Shown: positions 40,046-50,444 of the stretch, piece after piece | Position numbering within the stretch: the first letter of the stretch is position 1 | Layout of the letters: every line of letters begins with the position of its first letter | Assembly: GCA_965247115.1 (NCBI GenBank) | Contig: CBDFGR010000003.1 | Span: 2,176,001 to 2,240,000 of the forward strand | Direction of reading: 5' to 3' | Source: Myxococcota bacterium | GTDB lineage: Bacteria > Myxococcota_A > UBA9160 > SZUA-336 | DNA: 64,000 nt | Program-made: the position numbers and the translations under genes | The notes under the pieces: generated by a model | Seen by the model: the letters and a program-made list of their open reading frames with translations, nothing else | Told to the model about the DNA's origin: nothing | Databases searched by the model: none

Positions 40046-41068
40046 TCATGCCACCACGAGGAAGTCCTCGCCTTCACGGAGCTCGCGCGCGCGGAGGTGC
40101 GTACGGATCTCGTCACGCGCTCCCCTGCTCGCCACCGCGACGAGCAGACGCAGTCCCTCGGCACGCCAGGAGGCCATTCGTGTCGTGAGCCGGTCAGGGG
40201 AGAAGACGGGAATCCCCATCCACGTGGTCCCGATCCGGCGCGGGTTCACATCGAGCAGGGTACGGGTGGGGAGGCCCTCGGCCTCGAGCAGCCGGACCAG
40301 ACGGCGACCGGTCCGCCCGGCCCCCCAGACGACGGCGGCGGGCATGGGGTGCAGCCTGGGCAGGAAGTGGGCCTTGACCCGCGCGAAGGCCTCTCGCTTG
40401 TAGTCAGGAGAGACGCGCGACATGCGCCCTGGGTGATCACGCCAGCGGTGCAGCACCCGACCGAGCTTCCCGACGCCGGCACCCGACTCGAGCATGCGGT
40501 AGAGCAGGTCCAGGTCCTCGGGCCAGCCCCGCTCGCGATAGCCTCCAAGCTTGCGAATCACGTCGCGGCGAAAAGTCCAGGTGGGGTGAGGGATAGGGCA
40601 CTCCACGAAGACCTGGCGCACGATCTCTTCCGGCTCCACCAGGCGGTTCACCCACTCCGCGTAGATCCGATAGCCCTCGCCAAGGCCACCGCGCCGGAAG
40701 CACTCGACCTGGCAGCCGACCAGGCAGTGCTGCGGATGGCGCTCGAGGTGCTCCGCCTGAGCCGAAAGGCGCTCGGGCAGCATCTCGTCGTCCGCGTCCA
40801 TTCGCGCCACCAGCGGGGCGCGCGCGCGCTCGAGCCCGGTGTTGAGGGCAGCTACGATGCCTCTGGGAGGCGTGTGGATCACGCGGAGGCGTACGTCTGC
40901 GGCCGCCGCCTCGTCGAGGAGCTTCGCGCTCGCGTCGTCGGACCCATCATCGATGCAGATCAGCTCGAGCTCGACCGCGCGGCTGGCGAGCACGGAGGCG
41001 AGCGCCGCCTCGAGCGTCTCGGCGGCGTTCCTGACCGGCATGACGACACTGATGCCCGGATGCGCCAC
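40046..41068 (-). CDS. Family 2 glycosyltransferase
   Basis: DDGS, ARMDADD, HPT, ED and WGAG motifs. Confidence 0.88.
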   Translation of the reverse strand: MAHPGISVVMPVRNAAETLEAALASVLASRAVELELICIDDGSDDASAKLLDEAAAADVRLRVIHTPPRGIVAALNTGLERARAPLVARMDADDEMLPERLSAQAEHLERHPQHCLVGCQVECFRRGGLGEGYRIYAEWVNRLVEPEEIVRQVFVECPIPHPTWTFRRDVIRKLGGYRERGWPEDLDLLYRMLESGAGVGKLGRVLHRWRDHPGRMSRVSPDYKREAFARVKAHFLPRLHPMPAAVVWGAGRTGRRLVRLLEAEGLPTRTLLDVNPRRIGTTWMGIPVFSPDRLTTRMASWRAEGLRLLVAVASRGARDEIRTHLRARELREGEDFLVVA

Positions 41069-41178
41069 GGGCCACACTCTACTTGACCCACGCTTCCGGG
41101 CATCCGTACAGTCACTGTGGTTGCGAGAAGTGGCGTCCCCGGGTTGAAGCGCGCTCGCAGCCCCGAGAGGGGGAGGCA

Positions 41179-42840
41179 ATCTCCGAGCTCCACGGTCAAA
41201 CCTACGGTCTGAAGGCGAGCGAGCTTCGCCGCCTGAGGAACCTCTACAAGCGCCGGCTCCCGCGCAACGCGCTGGTGTCGCCGGAGTTCGCGCGTCAGCT
41301 GTCGGAGCTCTCGGCAGAGATCGGCCGCAGGATCGGTGCGCTCGTGTCGCGCGCGGGCCGAGTCGAGTTCGTCGCCATCGGTGACGCGCTGGGGATCGAG
41401 CTGCCTGACTTCCGCCGCGTGCGCGGCGGGACGGGCCGCTTCCGCGGACTGCGCTTCATCCACACCCACCTCGGTGGGGACGGGCTCACGCGCGACGACC
41501 TCACCGACCTCAGCCTGCTGCGACTGGACGCCAGCGCCGCGATCCTGGTCGGCGACGACGGCTTGCCCCGGGTGGTCGACTACGCCTCGCTGCGACCACC
41601 CGACGAGTCGGATGAGTTGGTCGATCGCCACGAGCGCGTCCACCCGGCGCGACTCGACTTCGACTTTCTGGAGTGGATCGACGATCTCGAAGACCGCTTC
41701 GGGCAGGCACAGCGCGGCATCTCCATCCAGGCCAAGGGTGAGCGGGCGGTGCTCGTCGGGGTCTCGATCGGGCGGGATCCCGGGGCGGAGGAGCGTCTTG
41801 AGGAGATGCGCGAGCTCGCCAGGACTGCGGGGGTTGCAGTCGTGGATTGCGTCGTACAGAAGCGCTCGAAGCCCGATCCGCGCTACCTGGTCGGCAAGGG
41901 AAAGATGCGCGACATCGTGATCCGCGCCTGGCAGCGCGGCGCCCAGCTCGTGCTCTTCGACTGCAACCTGACGCCGGCACAGCTGCGGCACATCACGGAC
42001 CTGGTCGAGGAGCGCATCGTGGACCGCTCTCAGCTGATCCTGGACATCTTCGCGCAGCACGCTCAGAGCAAGGAAGGGCGCCTGCAGGTCGAACTGGCTC
42101 AGCTGCGCTATCGGCTGCCGCGCCTGACCGGCAAAGGGGAATCGATGAGTCGCCTGGCCGGCGGGATCGGGGGCCGCGGCCCCGGCGAGTCGCGGCTCGA
42201 AGTCGACCGGCGGCGGGTTCGCGAGCGGATTCGGCAGCTCGGACGCATGCTCGACAGCGTGGCGAAGCAGCGTGCCACGCAACGTTCCCGCCGCAGTCGC
42301 GGCGGGCTGCCGGTCCTGTCCATCGTGGGTTACACGAACGCGGGGAAGTCGACCCTGCTAAACCGCATGACGAACAGCCAGGTACTCGTCGAGGACAAGC
42401 TCTTTGCTACGGTCGATCCGTCGTCGCGCCGTCTGCGTTTTCCCCGCGAACGCGACGTGATCATCACCGACACGGTGGGCTTCATTCGCGACCTGCCGCC
42501 GGATCTCATCGCGGGCTTCAAGGCGACGCTGGAAGAGATTCGCGAGGCGACCGTGCTGCTCCACGTCGTCGATGCGAGCAGCCCGGCCATCGAGGACCAG
42601 ATCGCCGCGGTGCGCGAGATCCTGGAAGAGCTCGGTCTGGGAGACAAGGCGGAGTGCCTCGTGCTGAACAAGTCCGACCTCGTCGCTGCGGATGAAGTCG
42701 CGGGCCTGGCACATCTGCTCGGTGGCGTGTCGGTCTCGGCGCTCGACGGCAGGGGAATAGAAGAGCTGCTGCAGCGCCTCGAGCTAATGATGTTTCGGGG
42801 CGAGCCAGGCGACGACGTGCGCCTCGCCGCGGGGAGCTAA
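41179..42840 (+). CDS. hflX: GTPase HflX (long form), probable ATC start
   Basis: LILDIFAQHA, GPGE, GYTNAGKST, DTVGF and NKSD motifs; purine-rich SD directly before ATC-TCC-GAG. Confidence 0.9.
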   Translation: MSELHGQTYGLKASELRRLRNLYKRRLPRNALVSPEFARQLSELSAEIGRRIGALVSRAGRVEFVAIGDALGIELPDFRRVRGGTGRFRGLRFIHTHLGGDGLTRDDLTDLSLLRLDASAAILVGDDGLPRVVDYASLRPPDESDELVDRHERVHPARLDFDFLEWIDDLEDRFGQAQRGISIQAKGERAVLVGVSIGRDPGAEERLEEMRELARTAGVAVVDCVVQKRSKPDPRYLVGKGKMRDIVIRAWQRGAQLVLFDCNLTPAQLRHITDLVEERIVDRSQLILDIFAQHAQSKEGRLQVELAQLRYRLPRLTGKGESMSRLAGGIGGRGPGESRLEVDRRRVRERIRQLGRMLDSVAKQRATQRSRRSRGGLPVLSIVGYTNAGKSTLLNRMTNSQVLVEDKLFATVDPSSRRLRFPRERDVIITDTVGFIRDLPPDLIAGFKATLEEIREATVLLHVVDASSPAIEDQIAAVREILEELGLGDKAECLVLNKSDLVAADEVAGLAHLLGGVSVSALDGRGIEELLQRLELMMFRGEPGDDVRLAAGS

Positions 42841-42843
42841 GGC

Positions 42844-43848
42844 GTGCAGGAGCTACGCAGGGTACGCATCGCCGGAACCGGGATGTTCGTCCCGCCGCGG
42901 GTGGTCACGAACAAGGATCTCGAGCAGCTCATGGATACGAGCGACGAGTGGATCCGTCAGCGAACCGGGATCGCCGAACGTCACCACGTGGATCCCGGCG
43001 TCGGCCCCGCGGACCTGGCAAAGGAGGCCGCAGTTCGGGCGCTCGACGCCGCAGGGATCCGCGCGAGCGAGCTGGACGCGATCATCGTCGCCTCGCTCTC
43101 GCCACACCACGACTTTCCCGGCATCTCTGCCTTCCTGCAGGATCGACTCGACGTCGCCGGTTGCCCGGCACTGGACGTGCGCTCGCAGTGCACGGGTTTC
43201 ATCTATGCCCTGCAGGTCGGACAGCTGTTCGTTGCCTCGGGTCAGTACGAGCGCGTGCTCGTGGTCGGTGCGGAGGTCCACTCGACCGGCCTCGACTTCA
43301 GTACGCGCGGCCGCGACGTCAGCGTGATCTTCGGCGATGGCGCGGGGGCCGTGATCCTCGAGCCCTCGACCGACACCGAACGCGGGATCCTCTCGGTCCA
43401 CATTCACGCCGAAGGAAAGCACGCGAAGCGCCTCTGGGTCGAAGCGCCGGGCTCCGTCTACCATCCGCGCATCGACCAGAAGCTGCTCGAAGAAGGTCGA
43501 CACTTCCCATACATGGATGGGCGCTTCGTGTTCAAGCACGCGGTTACCCGCATGCCCGAGGTGATGCGCGAGGCGCTCGACCACAACAGCCGCGAGATCG
43601 AGGATCTCGACCTGGCCCTCTTTCACCAGGCCAACCTCCGTATCAACGAGTACGTGGCCGGCCAGCTCGGGCTTCCCGAGGAGAAGGTCTACAACAACAT
43701 CGAGCGTTTCGGAAACTGCTCCGCCGCATCCATCCCCATGCTGCTCGACGAGTGCGTGGCTGCGGGGCGGCTCAGGGAGGGCGACCTCCTGGCGCTGTGC
43801 GGCTTCGGCTCGGGCTTTACCTGGGGGGCCGCGCTCATCCGCTGGTGA
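42844..43848 (+). CDS. fabH: 3-oxoacyl-ACP synthase III
   Basis: WIRQRTGI, QCTGF, FGDGAGA, HQAN and GN motifs. Confidence 0.9.
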   Translation: MQELRRVRIAGTGMFVPPRVVTNKDLEQLMDTSDEWIRQRTGIAERHHVDPGVGPADLAKEAAVRALDAAGIRASELDAIIVASLSPHHDFPGISAFLQDRLDVAGCPALDVRSQCTGFIYALQVGQLFVASGQYERVLVVGAEVHSTGLDFSTRGRDVSVIFGDGAGAVILEPSTDTERGILSVHIHAEGKHAKRLWVEAPGSVYHPRIDQKLLEEGRHFPYMDGRFVFKHAVTRMPEVMREALDHNSREIEDLDLALFHQANLRINEYVAGQLGLPEEKVYNNIERFGNCSAASIPMLLDECVAAGRLREGDLLALCGFGSGFTWGAALIRW

Positions 43849-43970
43849 CCAGCCGCGTCACATTCCAGCGCAAGGCGCTACCTAAGATACTGATTTTGAA
43901 CAGTTAACGCGGGTGCTTGACAGTATGACGCACCGTGTTGCTTTGCCGCCATCCAGACGGAGGAAACACC

Positions 43971-44375
43971 GTGGCAGAGCCAAGCAACGGCGGCTTCGAG
44001 CGCCTGAACGACGCGTTTCGCAACCTCGACGATCAGCTTCAGGAGCTGCGCGGGCGCTTCGACGATCAGCTGCGGCGCGTCGAGAGCAGCTGGAACGAGC
44101 GGCGTGAGGAGATCCGGGCCCAGCTCCGCAGCACCGCTATCTACAAGCGCAGCGAGCAGGTTCGAAAGGACCTCGAGGAGCACGTGGATCGCGGGCGATC
44201 GCAGCTCTACGAGGTCTTCGGGATCGCGTCCAAGTCGGAGATCCAGAAGCTCTCCCGCAAGCTCAACACCCTTTCGAAGAAGCTGAGCGAGCTCACAAGA
44301 GAGCAAGTCGTGGAAGAGCCGGAACCGGAACCGGAAGACGAGCGGCAGGCTGAGCAGGAGCGCGCGCTGGGCTAG
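43971..44375 (+). CDS. Phasin-like / coiled-coil protein
   Basis: GGAGG SD; FGIASKSEIQKLSRKLNTL resembles the C-terminal coiled coil of PhaF/PhaI-type proteins. Confidence 0.55.
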   Translation: MAEPSNGGFERLNDAFRNLDDQLQELRGRFDDQLRRVESSWNERREEIRAQLRSTAIYKRSEQVRKDLEEHVDRGRSQLYEVFGIASKSEIQKLSRKLNTLSKKLSELTREQVVEEPEPEPEDERQAEQERALG

Positions 44376-44440
44376 ACGCGCCGCGCGTCGCGAGAGGCCC
44401 CACCGAGCGGGGGTGGTAAGCTGCGGAGTGGAGGCTTGCC

Positions 44441-45613
44441 TTGGCGTTTGAAGCGCTTGACTTCTTTCGAATCGACGACGATCTCGCCGACGAGGAACGG
44501 ATCGTGCGCGACACGGTCCGCGACTTCGTAGAGCGCGAGTTCCTGCCAAGGGTCGTCGAGCACGTCCGGCAGGACGGCTCCTTTCCGATGGAGCTCGTCC
44601 CACAGATGGCCAGCCTTGGGCTCTTCGGCGCCAACCTGGAAGGCTACGGCTGCGCCGGGATGAACGCCGTTGCGTACGGGCTCGTCATGCAGGAGCTCGA
44701 GCGGGGCGACTCCGGGCTGCGCAGCTTCTCGTCGGTTCAGGGCGGGCTCTGCATGTACCCGATCTACGCGTACGGAACCGAGAAGCAGAAGGACCGCTGG
44801 CTGCCCCCGATGGCGCGGGGCGAGGTGATCGGCTGCTTCGGGCTGACCGAGCCGGACTACGGCTCGGACCCCGGCGGGATGCTCTCGCGGGCCGAACGCC
44901 GCGGCAACAGCTGGATCCTCAACGGGACCAAGCGCTGGATCACGAACGGGAGCGTTGCCGACCTCGCGATCGTCTGGGCGCAGACCGAGGACGGGATCCA
45001 GGGCTTCCTCGTGGAGAAGGAGTTCCCTGGTTTCGAAGCCAGGGACATGAAAGGCAAGTTCTCGCTGCGCGCGTCGATCACGAGCGAGCTCTTCCTGTCC
45101 GATGTCGAGGTTCCGGAAGAGAATCGGCTCAGCGGCGTCGTGGGTCTGCGCGGACCGCTCGGCTGTCTCAGCCAGGCGCGCTACGGCATCGCCTGGGGGG
45201 CGCTCGGTGCCGCCATGGCCTGCTTCGACGAGGCCCGTCGCTACTCGAAAGAGCGGATCGTGTTCGGGCGTCCACTCGCCTCGCTGCAAATCCCGCAACA
45301 GAAGCTCGCCTGGATGGCCACCGAGATCACCAAGGGACAGCTGCTCGCGCTGCGCCTCGGTCGCTTGAAGGACAGCGGTAAGCTGCATCACTCGATGGTG
45401 TCGATGGCCAAGATGAACAACGTGGACATCGCACTCCAGGTGGCGCGCGCGGCCCGCGACATGCTCGGTGCGAACGGGATCGTGGACGACTACTGCGCGA
45501 TGCGCCACATGGTGAACCTGGAGACCGTGCGCACCTACGAAGGCACGCACGACATCCACACGCTCATCCTGGGCCGCGAGCTCACCGGCCTCGGCGCCTT
45601 CGGAGACGAGTGA
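44441..45613 (+). CDS. gcdH: Glutaryl-CoA dehydrogenase-like acyl-CoA dehydrogenase
   Basis: ELERGDSG, GCFGLTEPDYGSDP and TYEGTHDIH motifs. Confidence 0.88.
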   Translation: MAFEALDFFRIDDDLADEERIVRDTVRDFVEREFLPRVVEHVRQDGSFPMELVPQMASLGLFGANLEGYGCAGMNAVAYGLVMQELERGDSGLRSFSSVQGGLCMYPIYAYGTEKQKDRWLPPMARGEVIGCFGLTEPDYGSDPGGMLSRAERRGNSWILNGTKRWITNGSVADLAIVWAQTEDGIQGFLVEKEFPGFEARDMKGKFSLRASITSELFLSDVEVPEENRLSGVVGLRGPLGCLSQARYGIAWGALGAAMACFDEARRYSKERIVFGRPLASLQIPQQKLAWMATEITKGQLLALRLGRLKDSGKLHHSMVSMAKMNNVDIALQVARAARDMLGANGIVDDYCAMRHMVNLETVRTYEGTHDIHTLILGRELTGLGAFGDE

Positions 45614-45750
45614 GTCTTGTGGGACCCGGGCCGCGGGCGTCCGCGGCCCACCCACCTCCGCTCAGGCCTACGGCCTTCGCTGCGCGCGCCGCGTTCGCGG
45701 CGCTTGCAGGTTGCCAAGCCCCGTAGGAGGTTGCCGGTTCTCCACGGAAT
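45613..45750 (-). repeat. Multi-hairpin repeat, family B
   Basis: Near-identical reverse complement of 31594-31732. Confidence 0.88.
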
Positions 45751-45905
45751 CCGAACTTGGGGACGGTCCTTAATCCGAACTTGTTCTGCCGAAGTCGGAC
45801 TTCTGGTCACTGAAGCGGGACTCTCGGGCACATTCATCCATCTAGGCGTTGCTGCGGTCGTCTCACGCGGAATAAGTTCGGATTAAGGACCGTCCCCAAG
45901 TTCGG
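45751..45905 (-). mobile_element. Non-autonomous REPIN/MITE-like element (family A)
   Basis: RAYT-type IRs at both ends; core homologous to 19064-19220. Confidence 0.85.
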
Positions 45906-45919
45906 CGGCAGTTGGAGGG

Positions 45920-46753
45920 CTAGTGCTCTAGGTGGGCTAGGGCGCGTTCGAGGCTGCCGTCGCAGGTGTCGAGGGCTGCGGTTGCCTCGGGCTCGGGTCG
46001 ACCGGAGAGCTCCATCAGGATGGCGATCGCTCGTTCCCGGAGCTTGCAGCTCGACGGGCGGATTCCCGTCATCAGGTTGCTGCGCACGAGACCGAGTCGG
46101 ACCATGACCGAGGTCGAGAGGGCGTGCAGGATCATCTTCTGGGCCAGGCCGCCCTTCATGCGCGTGGAGCCTGCGACGACTTCGGGGCCAACGTCCACGA
46201 CGATCGCGATGTCGACCAGGTTCGCGAGCGGCGAATCCGGGGCACAGGTGACACCGATCGATGTTGCGCCAAGCTCTTGCGCAAGCTCGACTCCGGCCAG
46301 GGCGTAGGGCGTGTGACCGCTCGCGGAAAGGGCCAGCAGCGCATCTTCTCTCGTGAAGAAGCGCGCACGGAGGTCGTGCGCCGCAGCCGTCGTGTCGTCC
46401 TCCGCGCTCTCGACCGCACGCAGCAGCGCTTCCTCCCCGCCCACGATGATTGCCTGCACCCGGCTCGGATCGAGGCCGTAGGTGGGCGGGATCTCGGCCG
46501 CGTCGAGTGCTCCGAGGCGACCGCTCGTGCCTGCCCCAATGTTGAACCAGCGCCCGCTGCCTTGAAGCACCTCGAGTAGCGCGTCGCTGGCCTCCTCCAG
46601 CTGCGGGAGGGCGTTGCGCACCGCGGCGGGCACGGTCGCGTCCTCGTCCAGGATCCGGGTGAGCAGCGAGCGCGGCGACATCCGGTCCAGGTCCAGGGTC
46701 CTGGGGTTCCTCGCCTCGGTCGGCCGCCGCGCGGGCGTCTTCGGAGCGGCCAC
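45920..46753 (-). CDS. murQ: N-acetylmuramic acid 6-phosphate etherase
   Basis: TEARNP, GAGTSGRLG and GPEVVAGSTRMK motifs. Confidence 0.92.
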   Translation of the reverse strand: MAAPKTPARRPTEARNPRTLDLDRMSPRSLLTRILDEDATVPAAVRNALPQLEEASDALLEVLQGSGRWFNIGAGTSGRLGALDAAEIPPTYGLDPSRVQAIIVGGEEALLRAVESAEDDTTAAAHDLRARFFTREDALLALSASGHTPYALAGVELAQELGATSIGVTCAPDSPLANLVDIAIVVDVGPEVVAGSTRMKGGLAQKMILHALSTSVMVRLGLVRSNLMTGIRPSSCKLRERAIAILMELSGRPEPEATAALDTCDGSLERALAHLEH

Positions 46754-46768
46754 CTAGAATGGGCTCCC

Positions 46769-49177
46769 GTGAGCTTTCGGTGTGAGCCCGGAACCCTGGC
46801 CCGACTCGAGTGGCCGCGACTGGCGCGGTGCCTGGCCGTCGAGGCCGCGACGGCTCGCGGCGCGGAGGCCTGCCAGAGCGATCTCTTCCAGCCGACGCGA
46901 GCCGCTGTCCGCGAACGTCTCACCGAGACGACGGAGGCGCGGGCCCTGCTGGACGCGGGAAAGTCGCTTCCGTTCGGCGGGGTGGAGGAACTGAGCGCGG
47001 CCCTCGAGGCGCTTCAGAGGGGAGCAAGCCTGGCAGCGCGGGACTTCGCGGCTCTGCTCACCACGCTGCGCGCGGCAGAACGCATCGGCAAGTTCCTTGC
47101 GCAGCGATCCGGCGAGTGTCCGGCCCTCGCAGCCCTGGCGGCCACACTCCCCGAGCTCGCCTCCCTGATCTCGCGGCTGGCCCGGATCGTCAGCGAGGAG
47201 GGAGAGATCCGGGCGGACGCGAGCAGCGAACTCCGTCGGGCACGCGGGCGAAGCCGCGAGCTCGAGGCCGAGATCGAGCGGAGCATGGCCGCGTGTCTCG
47301 GCAGCTCGGCGATCCAGCCGCACCTGCAAGATCGCTACGTGACCTTCCGGGAGAGCCGGTCGGTGCTGCCCATTCGGGCAGACGCCCGCCACCGGGTGAG
47401 GGGGATAGTCCACGATGTCTCATCGAGCGGAACCACGGTCTTTATTGAGCCCGAAGCCGTGGTCGAGGCGGGAAACTCGCTGCGGATCTCCCAGACGGAG
47501 GTGGAGCGCGAGGTTCAGCGCCTGCTCCGGGATCTGGCGCTAGCCGCACGAGAGCGGCTGGCCGAGATTGCGGGTCTGTGCGCGACTCTCGGGGCGTTGG
47601 ACGTCGCGATGGCGCGCGGCCACTTGTCCCATCGCCTGAGCGCCCGCCCCCCAACGCTGCCAGAAGACGCCGAGCTGGAGCTGCGCGAGCTGCGGCATCC
47701 GTTGCTCCTGCTCGAGGCGGGCCTGTCCGAGGATGAGGTCGTCGCCAACGACCTCGTCCTGCGTGAGGGAGCTCGCTGTCTCGTCATCTCCGGCCCCAAC
47801 GCCGGCGGCAAGACGGTCGCGGCCAAGGCCCTGGGGCTGGCGGCCCTGTCCCTGCGGGCGGGGTTGCACGTCGCCTGCGGGGAGGACAGCCAGATGCCCA
47901 TCTTCGATGCCGTGCAGGCGGACATCGGCGACGATCAAGACCTGCGCGCGGGGCTCTCCACCTTCTCCGCCCGCATGGCCAACCTGGCCGCGATTGTGAG
48001 CGCGGCGGCGCCAGCGACGCTCGTGATCGTCGACGAGGTGGGCGAGGGAACCGAGCCCGCCGAGGGTGCGTCGCTTGCCCAGGCGATTCTGGAGGCGCTG
48101 GTCGAGCGCGGGTCCACCGTCGTTGCGACCACACATTTCAACCAGCTCAAGCGCCTGGCCGCCGCGGACCCGCGCTTCGTGAACGCAAGCGCCGAGTTCG
48201 ATCCCGAGACCCTGCTCCCCACCTATCGCATTCAGATCGGAGCGCCCGGCTCGAGCGGAGCCCGGTGGGTCGCGAGCCGGATGGGGCTCGAGGAGTCCAT
48301 CGTCGAGCGTGCGGGCGCCCTCGTCGGAAGCGAAGGCCGCGAGCTGGAAGAGCTCTCGCAGAGCCTCGCCGACCTGCGAAAGGAGCTGCAGGTCGAGCGC
48401 GTCTCGGCCGCGCACGCCCGCGAGCAGGCCGAGGAGCTACGGGTGGAGTACGAGCAGCGCCTGGCGGCCCTGCGTCTGGAGCGCGAGAAGGCGCTGGCCG
48501 AGATGAAGTCAGAGCTCGCGCAGGCGTACGCCGGGGCGAGGGAAGAGATCGCCGGCGTGGTTCGAGCGTTGCAGCGCGGGGAGGGCGGCGCCGGGCAGGC
48601 AGCGAACCGGGCCTATCACGAGCTCGAGCAGGTCCGGGAGCGAGTGGGGAAGGTAGAGGCGCGGCACTCTCCGCCGGAGCCCGAGAGCCGGGAGACCGTG
48701 ACGCCGGAGCAGCTCGTTCCGGGTAGCCGCCTCGCGGTGGAGGGTCTCCCCGGGCCGGCCGTCGTCGTCGAGGCTCCGGATCGACGGGGGCGCGTGGCGG
48801 TTCGCGTCGGGGCAGCGCGCATGTCGATCCCGCTCGAGCGGGTGATCCGGCTGCTCGGGTCGCCGGAGCCCGAGGCGCGCCCGTCACGGCGCCAGGCCGC
48901 GGTCCACGTACCAGAGGGGTCCGAAGAGGATCCGGGTCGCGAGTGCGACCTGCGAGGCCTGCGCGTGGATGAGGCCCTCGACCGTGCCGACGCTCACCTG
49001 CAGCGCATGCTCGGTCACGGCGAGCCGCGACTGATCCTGATCCACGGTCACGGCACTGGCGCCCTGCGCCAGGCCCTACGTGCCTGGCTACGCGAGCTCC
49101 CCGAGGTCGCCGACTACGGCCCTGGAGAAGAGGGCGAGGGTGGGAACGGAATCACCTTCGTCCGGCTCACTCACTGA
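46769..49177 (+). CDS. mutS2: Endonuclease MutS2
   Basis: SSSGTTVFIEP, GPNAGGKT, DEVGEGTEP, TTH and the Smr motif IHGHGTG. Confidence 0.92.
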   Translation: MSFRCEPGTLARLEWPRLARCLAVEAATARGAEACQSDLFQPTRAAVRERLTETTEARALLDAGKSLPFGGVEELSAALEALQRGASLAARDFAALLTTLRAAERIGKFLAQRSGECPALAALAATLPELASLISRLARIVSEEGEIRADASSELRRARGRSRELEAEIERSMAACLGSSAIQPHLQDRYVTFRESRSVLPIRADARHRVRGIVHDVSSSGTTVFIEPEAVVEAGNSLRISQTEVEREVQRLLRDLALAARERLAEIAGLCATLGALDVAMARGHLSHRLSARPPTLPEDAELELRELRHPLLLLEAGLSEDEVVANDLVLREGARCLVISGPNAGGKTVAAKALGLAALSLRAGLHVACGEDSQMPIFDAVQADIGDDQDLRAGLSTFSARMANLAAIVSAAAPATLVIVDEVGEGTEPAEGASLAQAILEALVERGSTVVATTHFNQLKRLAAADPRFVNASAEFDPETLLPTYRIQIGAPGSSGARWVASRMGLEESIVERAGALVGSEGRELEELSQSLADLRKELQVERVSAAHAREQAEELRVEYEQRLAALRLEREKALAEMKSELAQAYAGAREEIAGVVRALQRGEGGAGQAANRAYHELEQVRERVGKVEARHSPPEPESRETVTPEQLVPGSRLAVEGLPGPAVVVEAPDRRGRVAVRVGAARMSIPLERVIRLLGSPEPEARPSRRQAAVHVPEGSEEDPGRECDLRGLRVDEALDRADAHLQRMLGHGEPRLILIHGHGTGALRQALRAWLRELPEVADYGPGEEGEGGNGITFVRLTH

Positions 49178-50444
49178 GCAAGCGCGATCTCACAACGGCA
49201 GCGATCCTCGCTCCCGATGCCGCGGCTCCTTCGGCATGGGGTCCGACGAGGTAGTCCCCGCAGAAGAAGATGCGCCGCGAACGAGCCTGGCGCTGCTCGC
49301 TCCAGAGCCGCTGCGCAGCGCGGTACCTACCCGGGCTGAAGCACGGCACGCTTGCCGGCAGGCGCAGCAGCTTGCTCGTCTTCGTTCCGGAGCGCAGTCC
49401 GGGGTGGATGCGCTCGGCGGACTCGAGCAGGGTCTGGCTGAGCTCCGCGTCCGCGTGCTGGCCCTGGGCCACCGCGAAAGCGGGGCGAGCCACCAGAAGA
49501 AGCAGCTGGCGCCCGCCAGACTCTGTCAGCAGCTCGACGCTGCCGGAGAGGGAACCGCCCTCCGACTCCGGTATCCAGGTAACGGGAGCGGAGGCCACTT
49601 GAGTGCACGACACCGCCAGGTGTAGTCCGTCCAGATAGCGCGCCGACTCGAAGACCTCGCGCTCGGGGGGACTGAGCTCTTTCACGAGGCCCGTGACGTG
49701 CGTAGCGGGGACGGCAAGCACGACGGCGTCTGCGCCGATCTCCTCACCGGATGCAAGACGGACCCCGCTTCCCCCGGACAGCACCGAGGTCACTCTTGCT
49801 GCGGTGCGCAGCTCCAGCCCCGAGGCGAGAGCGGGCGCCAGCGCACTCAGCCCAAAGGCCAGGGAGAGCTCGACGTCCCCCCAGGCGTCGAGGAACGTGA
49901 AGAGCAGCTGGCGACTCGTCTCGCAAACGTCGTGGGCGAAGTGGAGCTCGAGCAGGGGCCCGAAGAGCCGTGCGACCGAGCGCGCTCCGAGCGTGAGGTG
50001 CCCGAAGTCCGCAACGCTCCGGTCGTCGAGACGCGTCGCGCGGTCGGGGGCCTGGGGATCTACGGCGGCGCCGAGCCACTCCACCAGGCAGCGCAGGCGG
50101 CGAGCGCGGAGCACGCGCAGGGGTCCCGGAGCGAGGGAGTCGACACTGCGCATGCTCGCCGACACGATGGACCCGCGCTGTAGGCGCCGGACCTGCTCGA
50201 GCGGCGTGCGCCGCACGGACTTCCTCATCCCGAGCTCTGCGATGAGGCCTCCGATCACGGGCGCGCTGCGGGGCAGGGCGTGGAGTGCGGGCTCGAAGCG
50301 GACACCGTCAAGTGTCTGCGCGCGTAGCCGGCCGCCGATCTGTGAGCTGGCCTCGACCAGAAGGCAGTCGACCTGCGCGTCCTGCAGCCGCTGGGCGGCG
50401 ACCAGGCCAGCGAGTCCGGCCCCAACGACAACGACCCGGCTCAC
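49167..50444 (-). CDS. Flavin amine oxidase / protoporphyrinogen oxidase-like protein
   Basis: GAGLAGL, GGR and CGDY...EGA motifs. Confidence 0.75.
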   Translation of the reverse strand: MSRVVVVGAGLAGLVAAQRLQDAQVDCLLVEASSQIGGRLRAQTLDGVRFEPALHALPRSAPVIGGLIAELGMRKSVRRTPLEQVRRLQRGSIVSASMRSVDSLAPGPLRVLRARRLRCLVEWLGAAVDPQAPDRATRLDDRSVADFGHLTLGARSVARLFGPLLELHFAHDVCETSRQLLFTFLDAWGDVELSLAFGLSALAPALASGLELRTAARVTSVLSGGSGVRLASGEEIGADAVVLAVPATHVTGLVKELSPPEREVFESARYLDGLHLAVSCTQVASAPVTWIPESEGGSLSGSVELLTESGGRQLLLLVARPAFAVAQGQHADAELSQTLLESAERIHPGLRSGTKTSKLLRLPASVPCFSPGRYRAAQRLWSEQRQARSRRIFFCGDYLVGPHAEGAAASGARIAAVVRSRLLSE

